A stretch of DNA of 5,661 bases from a virus (taxonomy: Duplodnaviria; Heunggongvirae; Uroviricota; Caudoviricetes): the IMG/VR virus record IMGVR_UViG_2778261667_000016; one strand, given 5' to 3'. Positions 1 to 5,661 of this stretch are shown one piece after another (position 1 is the stretch's first letter; every line of letters begins with the position of its first letter). The notes under the pieces were generated by a model that was given only the letters and a program-made list of their open reading frames with translations, had not been told where the DNA came from and ran no database searches. The position numbers and the translations under genes were made by a program.

Positions 1-159
1 CACAACATCCGAGGGCAGCATTGTCCGCTAGTACACAGCAGTCCAGAAAGTCATGGACGGACGTTGGGAGGAGGTGCAAATTCTCCCATACAAAAAATAC
101 GTAAAATCAATAACAGCTGGAAATTATTTAATAATCAAATTATCGGAAGTTCACCAGCC

Positions 160-200
160 AGCCGCAGTATTCTGCCACGACAAGTTGCTGCGGCTTTTTA
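160..200 (+). terminator. Candidate rho-independent terminator oriented for plus-strand (convergent) transcription
   Basis: Inverted repeat agccgcag(160-167)/ctgcggct(188-195) followed on the plus strand by ttttta(195-200). The 20-nt loop is large for a terminator, so confidence is modest. On the minus-strand transcript the same hairpin is not followed by a U-run. Confidence 0.4.
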
Positions 201-203
201 TGT

Positions 204-491
204 TTAACGGATAAACAGCCAGACCAGCAGACACGCCACCGCGGGCACCGCAAAATCCATCAGACTTGCCACATCCCATGCACGAGGATCAAAACCGCCC
301 CACCACGGCATGTTAATCCGCTTGCCATGCCCGAACATTTCAATCCAGCGATATTCTGCCTGGGTGTGTTCACGCGCAATGAAGAACGTACAACCGGCTA
401 TCGCCCCGTAAGCCCAGTTTCCGGTAAAAAGACCAATCAGTAGCTGCGCAGCCACAGCACAAAGTGCATGAAGGAAAGGTGTTATATCCAT
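204..491 (-). CDS. Hypothetical small integral membrane protein (about 95 aa, two predicted TM helices)
   Basis: ATG at 489-491 is preceded by AAAGGAGGAG (strong SD) and lies 13 nt downstream of the previous stop. The ORF-track start at 515 is a GTG that would overlap the upstream gene and is less likely. Hydrophobic segments FLHALCAVAAQLLIGLF/WAYGAIAGCTFFIA near the N-terminus and DFAVPAVACLLVWLFI at the C-terminus. Stop TAA at 204-206. I recognise no family. Confidence 0.6.
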   Translation of the reverse strand: MDITPFLHALCAVAAQLLIGLFTGNWAYGAIAGCTFFIAREHTQAEYRWIEMFGHGKRINMPWWGGFDPRAWDVASLMDFAVPAVACLLVWLFIR

Positions 492-504
492 TACTCCTCC
501 TTTA

Positions 505-1206
505 TCAGATATCACTTCGGGAAGTTGATAACAACTTTAATTCTGACTCAAGTTCATCAACTCTTTCAGTCAGTTTCTGGATATGGTGAATCAGTGGAAC
601 AACCAGACGTTCGTACATTACACCTTCGGCAACAAGGCCATTGCTGGAAATAGCTTCAGGAGCATCATCTTCGTTAGCTGGTCGCCAGTGTACAAACTGA
701 GGAGCAATTTCTCCCACTTCCTCGGCAATCAATCCGTAGAATCCCCAGTCACTCCTGTCATTTTCGCATTGCGACCTGTACCACACAGGGCGCATCCTGA
801 AAATGAGATCGGCGTGCTCTGAATCTATTGTCTCTACTGAATGTTTATAGCGAATAGACGATGTTGACCGCAGTACAGACGAAATTGCAGGGTCAGGATT
901 AAGATAAAGATTTGCCGCCGCTGTAGTCGTGCCCAATTCCCATAAATAAAACGCTTCACGGCCAGTCAGCGGGTAAAAATCTCCACCATAACGACCGCTT
1001 TCCAGATCGTTCACTTCCAGTTTGTTTTTCAGCTTATTATCAACTTCAGTTTTTGTGTATCTGGTGCTGATATCCTGCTTTGCACTGGTCATATCAGTCT
1101 GAAGCGTTGATACTTTTCCGTTAATTGAGGAAATATCTTCCTTAGTTTTACTGACATCTCCCTTTAGCGTGGTGATATCTCCTGGAATTACTGTCGATGT
1201 AGCCAT
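505..1206 (-). CDS. Small fiber-like protein (233 aa) with C-terminal intramolecular chaperone domain (peptidase S74 / chaperone-of-endosialidase type)
   Basis: ATG at 1204-1206 is preceded by GGGAGA (SD) 4 nt upstream. The N-terminal ~70 aa are a polar coiled-coil-like repeat (DITTLKGDVSKTKEDISSINGKVSTLQTDMTSAKQDISTRYTKTEVDNKL). Residues ~116-225 (nt 532-861) follow the intramolecular-chaperone pattern as I recall it: SSIRYKHSVETI (consensus S-D-x-R-x-K-x-N-I), LIFRMRPVWYR, GFYGLIAEEVGEIAPQFV (consensus G-F-I-A-Q-E-V), and YERLVVPLIHHIQKLTERVDELESEL (C-terminal helix). Stop TGA at 505-507. Confidence 0.75.
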   Translation of the reverse strand: MATSTVIPGDITTLKGDVSKTKEDISSINGKVSTLQTDMTSAKQDISTRYTKTEVDNKLKNKLEVNDLESGRYGGDFYPLTGREAFYLWELGTTTAAANLYLNPDPAISSVLRSTSSIRYKHSVETIDSEHADLIFRMRPVWYRSQCENDRSDWGFYGLIAEEVGEIAPQFVHWRPANEDDAPEAISSNGLVAEGVMYERLVVPLIHHIQKLTERVDELESELKLLSTSRSDI

Positions 1207-1215
1207 TTGTCTCCC

Positions 1216-1497
1216 TCACATCCAGCCACGAAGTTGATGCTCAACAACAACCGCGTATTTATCGAATATTGACGATTTTTTTGCATCATTAATGATGCGC
1301 ACGTTTACAAAATATCCGTCTTCCTTAACACATACCGGTTCGCCATCTTCAGTCAGTTCTCCGGTTTCTTTGTACACGTTACCTATCACGTCAATAAGAA
1401 TATTATCCTGCATCGACTCGTCATCATAATAGCCAGTGCTCTCCATAAAGGCCGAAAAGTCGGCCCTGTCTGCAAATTTGAGTGTTAAATCTTTCAT
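1216..1497 (-). CDS. Hypothetical small acidic protein (93 aa), translationally coupled to stf
   Basis: ATG at 1495-1497 overlaps the stf stop at 1497-1499 (TAATG on the coding strand). Stop TGA at 1216-1218, only 9 nt before the next gene. The product is acidic (many D/E), with no signal peptide or transmembrane segment. I recognise no family with confidence and it does not resemble lambda Tfa as I recall it. Confidence 0.6.
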   Translation of the reverse strand: MKDLTLKFADRADFSAFMESTGYYDDESMQDNILIDVIGNVYKETGELTEDGEPVCVKEDGYFVNVRIINDAKKSSIFDKYAVVVEHQLRGWM

Positions 1498-3878
1498 TAG
1501 ATTGACTCCCCCACCTGAGCATCAGTCAATGCCTTGTGCCATATTCTGAAATTCCTGACATGACCAAATAAATGACGTAACCCGGCAGTAGTCTGGCCTC
1601 CAATACGGATAATTGCGGTGTTCTGAATACAGGACCATGTGGTTTTTGTTTCGCTGGATATACGCCCGTTACTTACTGAGCACGTAGACTGATCTGACTT
1701 TACACGCATCCCCATAACCATTTTTTCAAGCGATGCGTTTTCGTTTACCCGTCTGTTAGCTCCTCCAATATCGCAATAAGGAAATCCGTCGTAATCTGTT
1801 GAACGACCGAAGCCAAGAATAATAGCCGCTCCGGTTTGATGACCGCCGGTGTCAAAAACACGCGGAGCTGCATTTGGCGTTTTATACCAGTTCTTATGTA
1901 CCTCACAAAGAACCGTAAAAGGAAGATTATAAAGATTATTCTTAATGGGAACTGTAACTATATCGCTTGCGCGGGTCGCCGCCGTCGTTCCTGATATAAT
2001 AAAAGATGATACACAAGGCCCATTTTCTACTTGTGGGGTGGCCAGATAAATATAGTCACCAGATACGGTTGCCCCGCCCTGCTTAGGAGAATACTGTATC
2101 TGAGAACCTATTTTTAACTCCCCATCAATTGCCTGAATTGTTGCCTCTGCAAAAATCCATCCGGTAGCTTCGTCCTTTCTGACTCTCGCAGTAATCCTTG
2201 AGGCAGCACCGCCTGTCATATTAATTTCAAGCGTTTGTGTATCAATATACGCATCACCAAGAAAAGTTGTTGCGCTACCGTCATATTTATCAAACCGGAT
2301 ACGCAACCTTACCTGCAGTTCTGTTTTAAAACGACATGAGGTTGTCACGTGTTTATTATCGCCTGAGACATCAACTGACTTTGTTGCAGCAATTGATGCC
2401 ATATTAATGGCTGAGGTTTGCCCAATCAGAGAATCGTTGCAGACAAACTTTCCATAGGTAAAACCAAAACTATCCGTCCCTGTTTCGGGCACATCCATAT
2501 TTGACGATCGCCCCCAACTGGCAGGGTTTTCCGAATTGAGCATGTAGTTTGTTCTTTGCCCCTCAATAAGCAGGCCATCACGTTCAAACCGTGGCTCGTC
2601 AATGGCAGCCTCTGTCAGCACACCAGATTTATTAATGTAAGTTGCTTTTGATGCGCGTTTAAACTTTACAACCTTATCGCCAGGCATCGTTATTTCATCA
2701 TCACCAATAACAATCTTTTTATATGACGGCGAAAAGCCCGTAATCATATCCAGTGAATCGTTAAACGGTATCCACACATCGGGAAGCGGCTGCAATACTT
2801 GTTTATACGGCTCCGCAGCCTGGCTTGCATACTCTCTGGCTGCGTCTTCACTTGCTTTTGCAGCCGTCTGGCTTGCAGCGGATGCTTTCGCCGAGTTAGC
2901 CGCCGCAGTCTCGCTCGCCTTTGCGTTGGTTTCACTGGTTTTTGCAGCTTTTTGACTGTTGGCTGATGCAGTGGCAAAAGCAGCCGCCGCGCTTGCAGAG
3001 CCAGCTGCAGCACTCTCGCTTTCGGCTGCTGCATCCTGACTGCTTTTCGCCGCAGTTTCACTGGCTTTGGCATTCGTTTCGCTGGTTTTCGCTGCCGTCT
3101 GGCTGGACTTTGCGTTGGTTTCGCTGGTTTTTGCAGCTTTTTGACTGTTGGCTGATGCAGTGGCAGAAGAAGCCGCCGCACTTGCAGAACCAGCTGCGGC
3201 ACTCTCGCTTTGGGCCGCTGCATCCTGGCTGTTTTTCGCCGCAGTTTCACTGGCTTTGGCATTCGTTTCGCTGGTTTTCGCTGCCGTCTGGCTGGACTTT
3301 GCGTTGGTTTCGCTCGTCTTTGCGGCTGTCTCGCTGTTTTTCGCATTGGTTTCTGATTTTTTGGCTGCTGTCGCGGAGTTTGCCGATGCAGTCTGTGAGG
3401 TCGCTGCCGCCTGTGCGCTGTTAGCTGCATTCGTTTCTGAGGTTTTCGCCGCGTTCTTCGATGATGCCGCTGCAGTTTCGGATTTCTTTGCCGCCGCTGC
3501 GCTCTGAGAGGCGGCTTCGGCGTTGCGTGCCGCTTCTTCCACCATTTCCTGAAAACGGCGCAATGCCTCCGGCATGACATCATCTTCCGTCATGGCACCG
3601 AGAAAATCATTCAGCGTCCCCGGACTGGAACCTTCATAGACGGTAATGGTCCCGGCATGTGAAGGCGGAAAACCTTCAACCAGCAGGGTGACGCTGTACT
3701 GGCCATACTCAACATCCATGCTGTAACGCCCGGCTTCATCCGGATTTTCAGAGGCCACTGTGTTGACCAGTACCGTGGTGCTGTTACGCTTTGCCTTCAG
3801 TTGAATAGTGCAGTTCTGTATTGGTTTTCCCGCACCATCTTTCAGCACACCTGAGATTTTTACTGCTGCCATATCCAC
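1497..3878 (-). CDS. stf: Side tail fiber protein, chimeric: lambda-Stf-like N-terminal anchor, Ala/Ser/Thr heptad-repeat shaft, non-lambda C-terminal putative lectin-like receptor-binding region
   Basis: 793-aa ORF. GGAG lies 7 nt upstream of ATG 3876-3878; an alternative ATG at 3870-3872 would give MAAVKISG. The first ~110 residues (AVKISGVLKDG.GKP.QNCTIQLKA.RNSTTV.VNTV.SENPDEAGRYSMDVEYGQYSV...GFPPSHAGTITVYE...PGTLNDFL.AMTEDD) match the N-terminus of lambda Stf as I recall it. Residues ~113-355 are AAKTSET-type heptads. The C-terminal ~440 aa contain segments such as EGQRTNYMLNSENPASW and a terminal LRHLFGHVRNFRIWHKALTDAQV that resemble concanavalin-A-like/LamG jelly-roll domains. Stop TAA at 1497-1499. 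Confidence 0.88.
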   Translation of the reverse strand: MDMAAVKISGVLKDGAGKPIQNCTIQLKAKRNSTTVLVNTVASENPDEAGRYSMDVEYGQYSVTLLVEGFPPSHAGTITVYEGSSPGTLNDFLGAMTEDDVMPEALRRFQEMVEEAARNAEAASQSAAAAKKSETAAASSKNAAKTSETNAANSAQAAATSQTASANSATAAKKSETNAKNSETAAKTSETNAKSSQTAAKTSETNAKASETAAKNSQDAAAQSESAAAGSASAAASSATASANSQKAAKTSETNAKSSQTAAKTSETNAKASETAAKSSQDAAAESESAAAGSASAAAAFATASANSQKAAKTSETNAKASETAAANSAKASAASQTAAKASEDAAREYASQAAEPYKQVLQPLPDVWIPFNDSLDMITGFSPSYKKIVIGDDEITMPGDKVVKFKRASKATYINKSGVLTEAAIDEPRFERDGLLIEGQRTNYMLNSENPASWGRSSNMDVPETGTDSFGFTYGKFVCNDSLIGQTSAINMASIAATKSVDVSGDNKHVTTSCRFKTELQVRLRIRFDKYDGSATTFLGDAYIDTQTLEINMTGGAASRITARVRKDEATGWIFAEATIQAIDGELKIGSQIQYSPKQGGATVSGDYIYLATPQVENGPCVSSFIISGTTAATRASDIVTVPIKNNLYNLPFTVLCEVHKNWYKTPNAAPRVFDTGGHQTGAAIILGFGRSTDYDGFPYCDIGGANRRVNENASLEKMVMGMRVKSDQSTCSVSNGRISSETKTTWSCIQNTAIIRIGGQTTAGLRHLFGHVRNFRIWHKALTDAQVGESI
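2814..3542. repeat. Array of degenerate 21-bp (heptad-coding) repeats inside stf
   Basis: Recurring DNA motifs (tttcgctggtttt, tttggcattcgtttc, gcagcttttt, etc.) with 21-bp periodicity. They translate in the stf frame to about 35 Ala/Ser/Thr-rich heptads (AAKTSET, NAKSSQT, NAKASET, AAAGSAS ...). Confidence 0.85.
2917..3326. repeat. Near-perfect 189-bp direct tandem duplication (about 2.1 copies) within the stf shaft repeats
   Basis: The string ggtttttgcagctttttgactgttggctgatgcagtggca occurs with gcagc at 2944 and again at 3133, an offset of 189 bp. The flanking sequence aligns over roughly 2917-3116 versus 3106-3315 with only scattered mismatches. At protein level stf residues 185-247 and 248-310 are 63-aa blocks differing at a handful of positions. 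Confidence 0.9.
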
Positions 3879-3883
3879 TCCAC

Positions 3884-3909
3884 AAAAAAGCCCGCCTGAA
3901 CCGGCGGGC
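3884..3909 (-). terminator. Rho-independent terminator between lom and stf
   Basis: GC-rich inverted repeat gcccgcc(3890-3896)/ggcgggc(3903-3909) with 6-nt loop. On the minus-strand transcript it is followed by UUUUUU (A-run 3884-3889 on the plus strand). It lies 28-53 nt downstream of the lom stop and is immediately followed by the stf ribosome-binding site. Confidence 0.75.
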
Positions 3910-3936
3910 TGTCATAACACTGTGTTACCTGGCTAA

Positions 3937-4536
3937 TCAGAATTTATAACCGACACCAACGATGAAACCGTCAGTGCGCCAGTCGCCACTGCCGGAACCT
4001 TCATAAGCAATATCAATGGCCACGGATTCGGTCGGGTTAAACTGCACGCCAGCCCCCCATGCCAGAGACGTGTCGCTGTGGCGACCGTCATCACTTCCGG
4101 TCAGCACATCGTGCGTTTTCCCCTTGTTGTCAGTTACGCGGATATAATCTCCGGAGAAAGTCGAAACACGGCTGTAAGCCATACCCGCCATCGCATACGC
4201 GCTGAACCATTCATTCACGCGCACAGACGGCCCCGCCATCACGCTGAACCAGCGGTTACGCACGGAATCTTCATGCCAGCGGGTATCGCTGTAATGGGTA
4301 AGCTGGCGATTCTTGTCTCCTGCATAGCTGAATGACGTCACCAGCCCCAGTGTGTCCGTAAACTCATAACGGTATTTCACGTTAATCCCGTTAAGATCAT
4401 CGCTGCCGGGAACGTTCGTCGAGGCATGAAGATACCCCGCGCTCAGCGTGGACTGATGTTCAGATGCCCATGCAGGCGCACCGGATACGGCCAGACAGAT
4501 GGCTGCGGAAAAAATGGCGGCATAAAGTTTACGCAT
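3937..4536 (-). CDS. lom: Lom/Ail/PagC/OmpX-family outer membrane beta-barrel protein (lambda Lom homolog)
   Basis: 199-aa ORF with ATG at 4534-4536 and SD-like GAGG 5 nt upstream. N-terminal signal peptide [25 protein letters not shown]-terminal segment [25 protein letters not shown] is the conserved last strand of lambda Lom and the Ail/Lom family, ending in the aromatic residue typical of outer-membrane barrels. Position between J and stf matches lambda. Confidence 0.92.
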   Translation of the reverse strand: MRKLYAAIFSAAICLAVSGAPAWASEHQSTLSAGYLHASTNVPGSDDLNGINVKYRYEFTDTLGLVTSFSYAGDKNRQLTHYSDTRWHEDSVRNRWFSVMAGPSVRVNEWFSAYAMAGMAYSRVSTFSGDYIRVTDNKGKTHDVLTGSDDGRHSDTSLAWGAGVQFNPTESVAIDIAYEGSGSGDWRTDGFIVGVGYKF

Positions 4537-4558
4537 AATTACCTCTCGCTTTTCTGCA

Positions 4559-4584
4559 ATAAAAAAGGCACCATTTCTGGTGCC
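4559..4584 (-). terminator. Rho-independent terminator between J and lom
   Basis: Inverted repeat ggcacca(4567-4573)/tggtgcc(4578-4584) with 4-nt loop. On the minus-strand transcript the hairpin is followed directly by a U-run (A-run on the plus strand at 4561-4566). It lies 22-47 nt downstream of the J stop codon. Confidence 0.7.
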
Positions 4585-4605
4585 CTTATATGGGTTATAA
4601 CAATT

Positions 4606-5661
4606 TCAACGAATACTGATGCCGGAAGCGGCTTTTTTGGTCACAATCACCGTACAGTCGGTGATATTACCTGCCCACTGATTGCCTTTATGGAAAACCT
4701 TAAACTCCAGAGTGACGCTTCCCCTGCCACTCGGCATATCAATAACCGCACTGTAGCTACCGGGAATGGCCCCTTTAGTTTCTCTGGATGCGATTAATAC
4801 ACCGTTTTTGCGAACTTCAAAACCATAACCCGTGTATCTTGTACCTCCCGGGTTATTACCACTTCCCGGATCGCTATACGCTATTCCGTTAAAGATAATG
4901 GGCGGAATAATGATTTGACGGTCAAAGTTATGATCATCGCTGATGGTGACTGTAACCGTCCCGTTTGGTGTTTCCGTGTTACCCCACGTACCAGCCTGTT
5001 TCGGAAATGATTTGGATACAGCTTTAACGAAGTCACCTCTGACCTGAGTCGCCTCCAGCATGCCCTTAATCGTACAGTTCTGGTTAATCGTGACATTGTT
5101 GAGCGTTCCTGAGTTCGCATTCACACTACCACTGATATCCGCATTTTTAGCGGTCAGCTTTCCGTCTGATGTCAGGGAAAATACCGGAGGACTGCCACCG
5201 CTGGTAATGGTGGGGGCTGTCAGGCGCTTCAGGAACACGTCGTTCATGAATATCTGGTTGCCCTGCGCCACAAACATCGGCGTTTCATTCCCGTTTGCCG
5301 GGTCAATAAACGCGATACGGTTAGCGGCAACCAGAAACTGGCTCAGCTTGCCTTCCTCCGTGTCCTCCATGCTGAGGCCAATACCCGCGACATAATGTTT
5401 GCCGTCTTTGGTCTGCTCAATTTTGACGCCCCACATGGCATTCCATTTATCGTTAGCGTCCTTCCACTCTTTCGAAAACTCATCCAGTCTGCTGGCGTTA
5501 TCCTCCGTCAGATCAACTTTTTCCAGCAGCTCTTTACCGAGATGGGATTCGGTTATCTTGCCTTTGAAAAAATCCAGGTAACCTTCCGCATCATCGCTCG
5601 CCCGACCGACGGCCTCCACGAATGCCGATTTGCCAACGGTGTTCACACTGCGGATATAAAA
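4606..5661 (-). CDS. J: Host specificity / central tail fiber protein J, C-terminal part (partial; N-terminus lies beyond the window edge)
   Basis: Minus-strand reading frame stays open through position 5661, so the M at 5646 in the ORF track is an internal GTG codon, not the real start. Stop TGA at 4606-4608. Sits immediately upstream of lom and stf exactly as in the lambda gene order J-lom-stf, and the proximal part resembles the distal region of lambda gpJ as far as I recall it. Confidence 0.8.
   Translation of the reverse strand, partial: FYIRSVNTVGKSAFVEAVGRASDDAEGYLDFFKGKITESHLGKELLEKVDLTEDNASRLDEFSKEWKDANDKWNAMWGVKIEQTKDGKHYVAGIGLSMEDTEEGKLSQFLVAANRIAFIDPANGNETPMFVAQGNQIFMNDVFLKRLTAPTITSGGSPPVFSLTSDGKLTAKNADISGSVNANSGTLNNVTINQNCTIKGMLEATQVRGDFVKAVSKSFPKQAGTWGNTETPNGTVTVTISDDHNFDRQIIIPPIIFNGIAYSDPGSGNNPGGTRYTGYGFEVRKNGVLIASRETKGAIPGSYSAVIDMPSGRGSVTLEFKVFHKGNQWAGNITDCTVIVTKKAASGISIR

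Noticed and set aside
53-214. Unlisted 53-codon plus-strand ORF (MDGRWEEVQILPYKKYVKS...) in the leftmost region
   Set aside because: It has a weak SD, it would read through the plus-strand terminator hairpin and overlap the 3' end of the membrane-protein gene, and I recognise nothing in its sequence. Probably chance, though a small protein cannot be excluded without conservation data.
390-402. Lipobox-like motif IAGC in the small membrane protein, suggesting a lipoprotein like Cor or Llp
   Set aside because: The Cys is about 34 residues from the ATG start, and the preceding segment lacks a positively charged n-region, so it reads as a transmembrane helix rather than a lipoprotein signal peptide. 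Kept only as a weak possibility.
204-515. Longer 103-aa version of the membrane protein starting at GTG 513-515
   Set aside because: That start would overlap the upstream gene by 11 nt and lacks an SD, whereas the ATG at 489-491 has AAAGGAGGAG directly upstream.
468-822. Plus-strand ORFs 468..653 and 583..822 antisense to the 233-aa gene
   Set aside because: They overlap a gene with a clear domain signature on the opposite strand and have no start-site signals of their own.
1216-1497. Possibility that the 93-aa ORF is a lambda-type tail fiber assembly protein Tfa
   Set aside because: It is about half the length of lambda Tfa and I see none of the Tfa sequence features I recall. Left as hypothetical.
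2814-3542. Regular short repeats that could be mistaken for a CRISPR array
   Set aside because: The periodicity is 21 bp with no unique spacers, the repeats are in-frame coding sequence of stf, and there is no adjacent leader or cas gene.
2744-3583. 279-aa minus-strand ORF encoding an Arg/Lys/Pro/Gln-rich low-complexity protein, plus plus-strand ORFs 2921..3424 and 3148..3507
   Set aside because: All lie entirely within the stf heptad-repeat region in alternative frames. Repetitive GC-rich DNA lacking stop codons produces long open frames by chance. stf itself has the recognisable N-terminus, an SD and a continuous frame.
4078-5581. ORFs 4078..4335(+), 4426..4797(+), 4881..5120(-), 5060..5395(+), 5399..5581(+) overlapping lom and J
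   Set aside because: These are shadow frames within strongly supported genes, with no SD or recognisable protein features.

Overview
The window is the distal end of a lambda-like prophage tail-gene region, with every gene on the minus strand in the lambda order J - lom - stf. It contains the 3' part of host-specificity gene J (cut by the window edge), a Lom/Ail-family outer-membrane protein gene bracketed by two rho-independent terminators, and a 793-aa chimeric side tail fiber. The fiber has a lambda-Stf-like N-terminus, an Ala/Ser/Thr heptad-repeat shaft carrying a near-perfect 189-bp tandem duplication, and a non-lambda C-terminal region that is probably a lectin-like receptor-binding domain. 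Where lambda has tfa, there are instead three tightly packed small genes: a 93-aa acidic protein translationally coupled to the fiber gene, a 233-aa protein whose C-terminal half matches the self-cleaving intramolecular chaperone (peptidase S74-type) domain of phage fibers and tailspikes, and a roughly 95-aa two-helix membrane protein. That three-gene module is the best candidate here for an uncharacterised system. No rRNA, tRNA, CRISPR array or IS element was detected. All homology statements come from reading the translations against remembered protein families; no database search was run.
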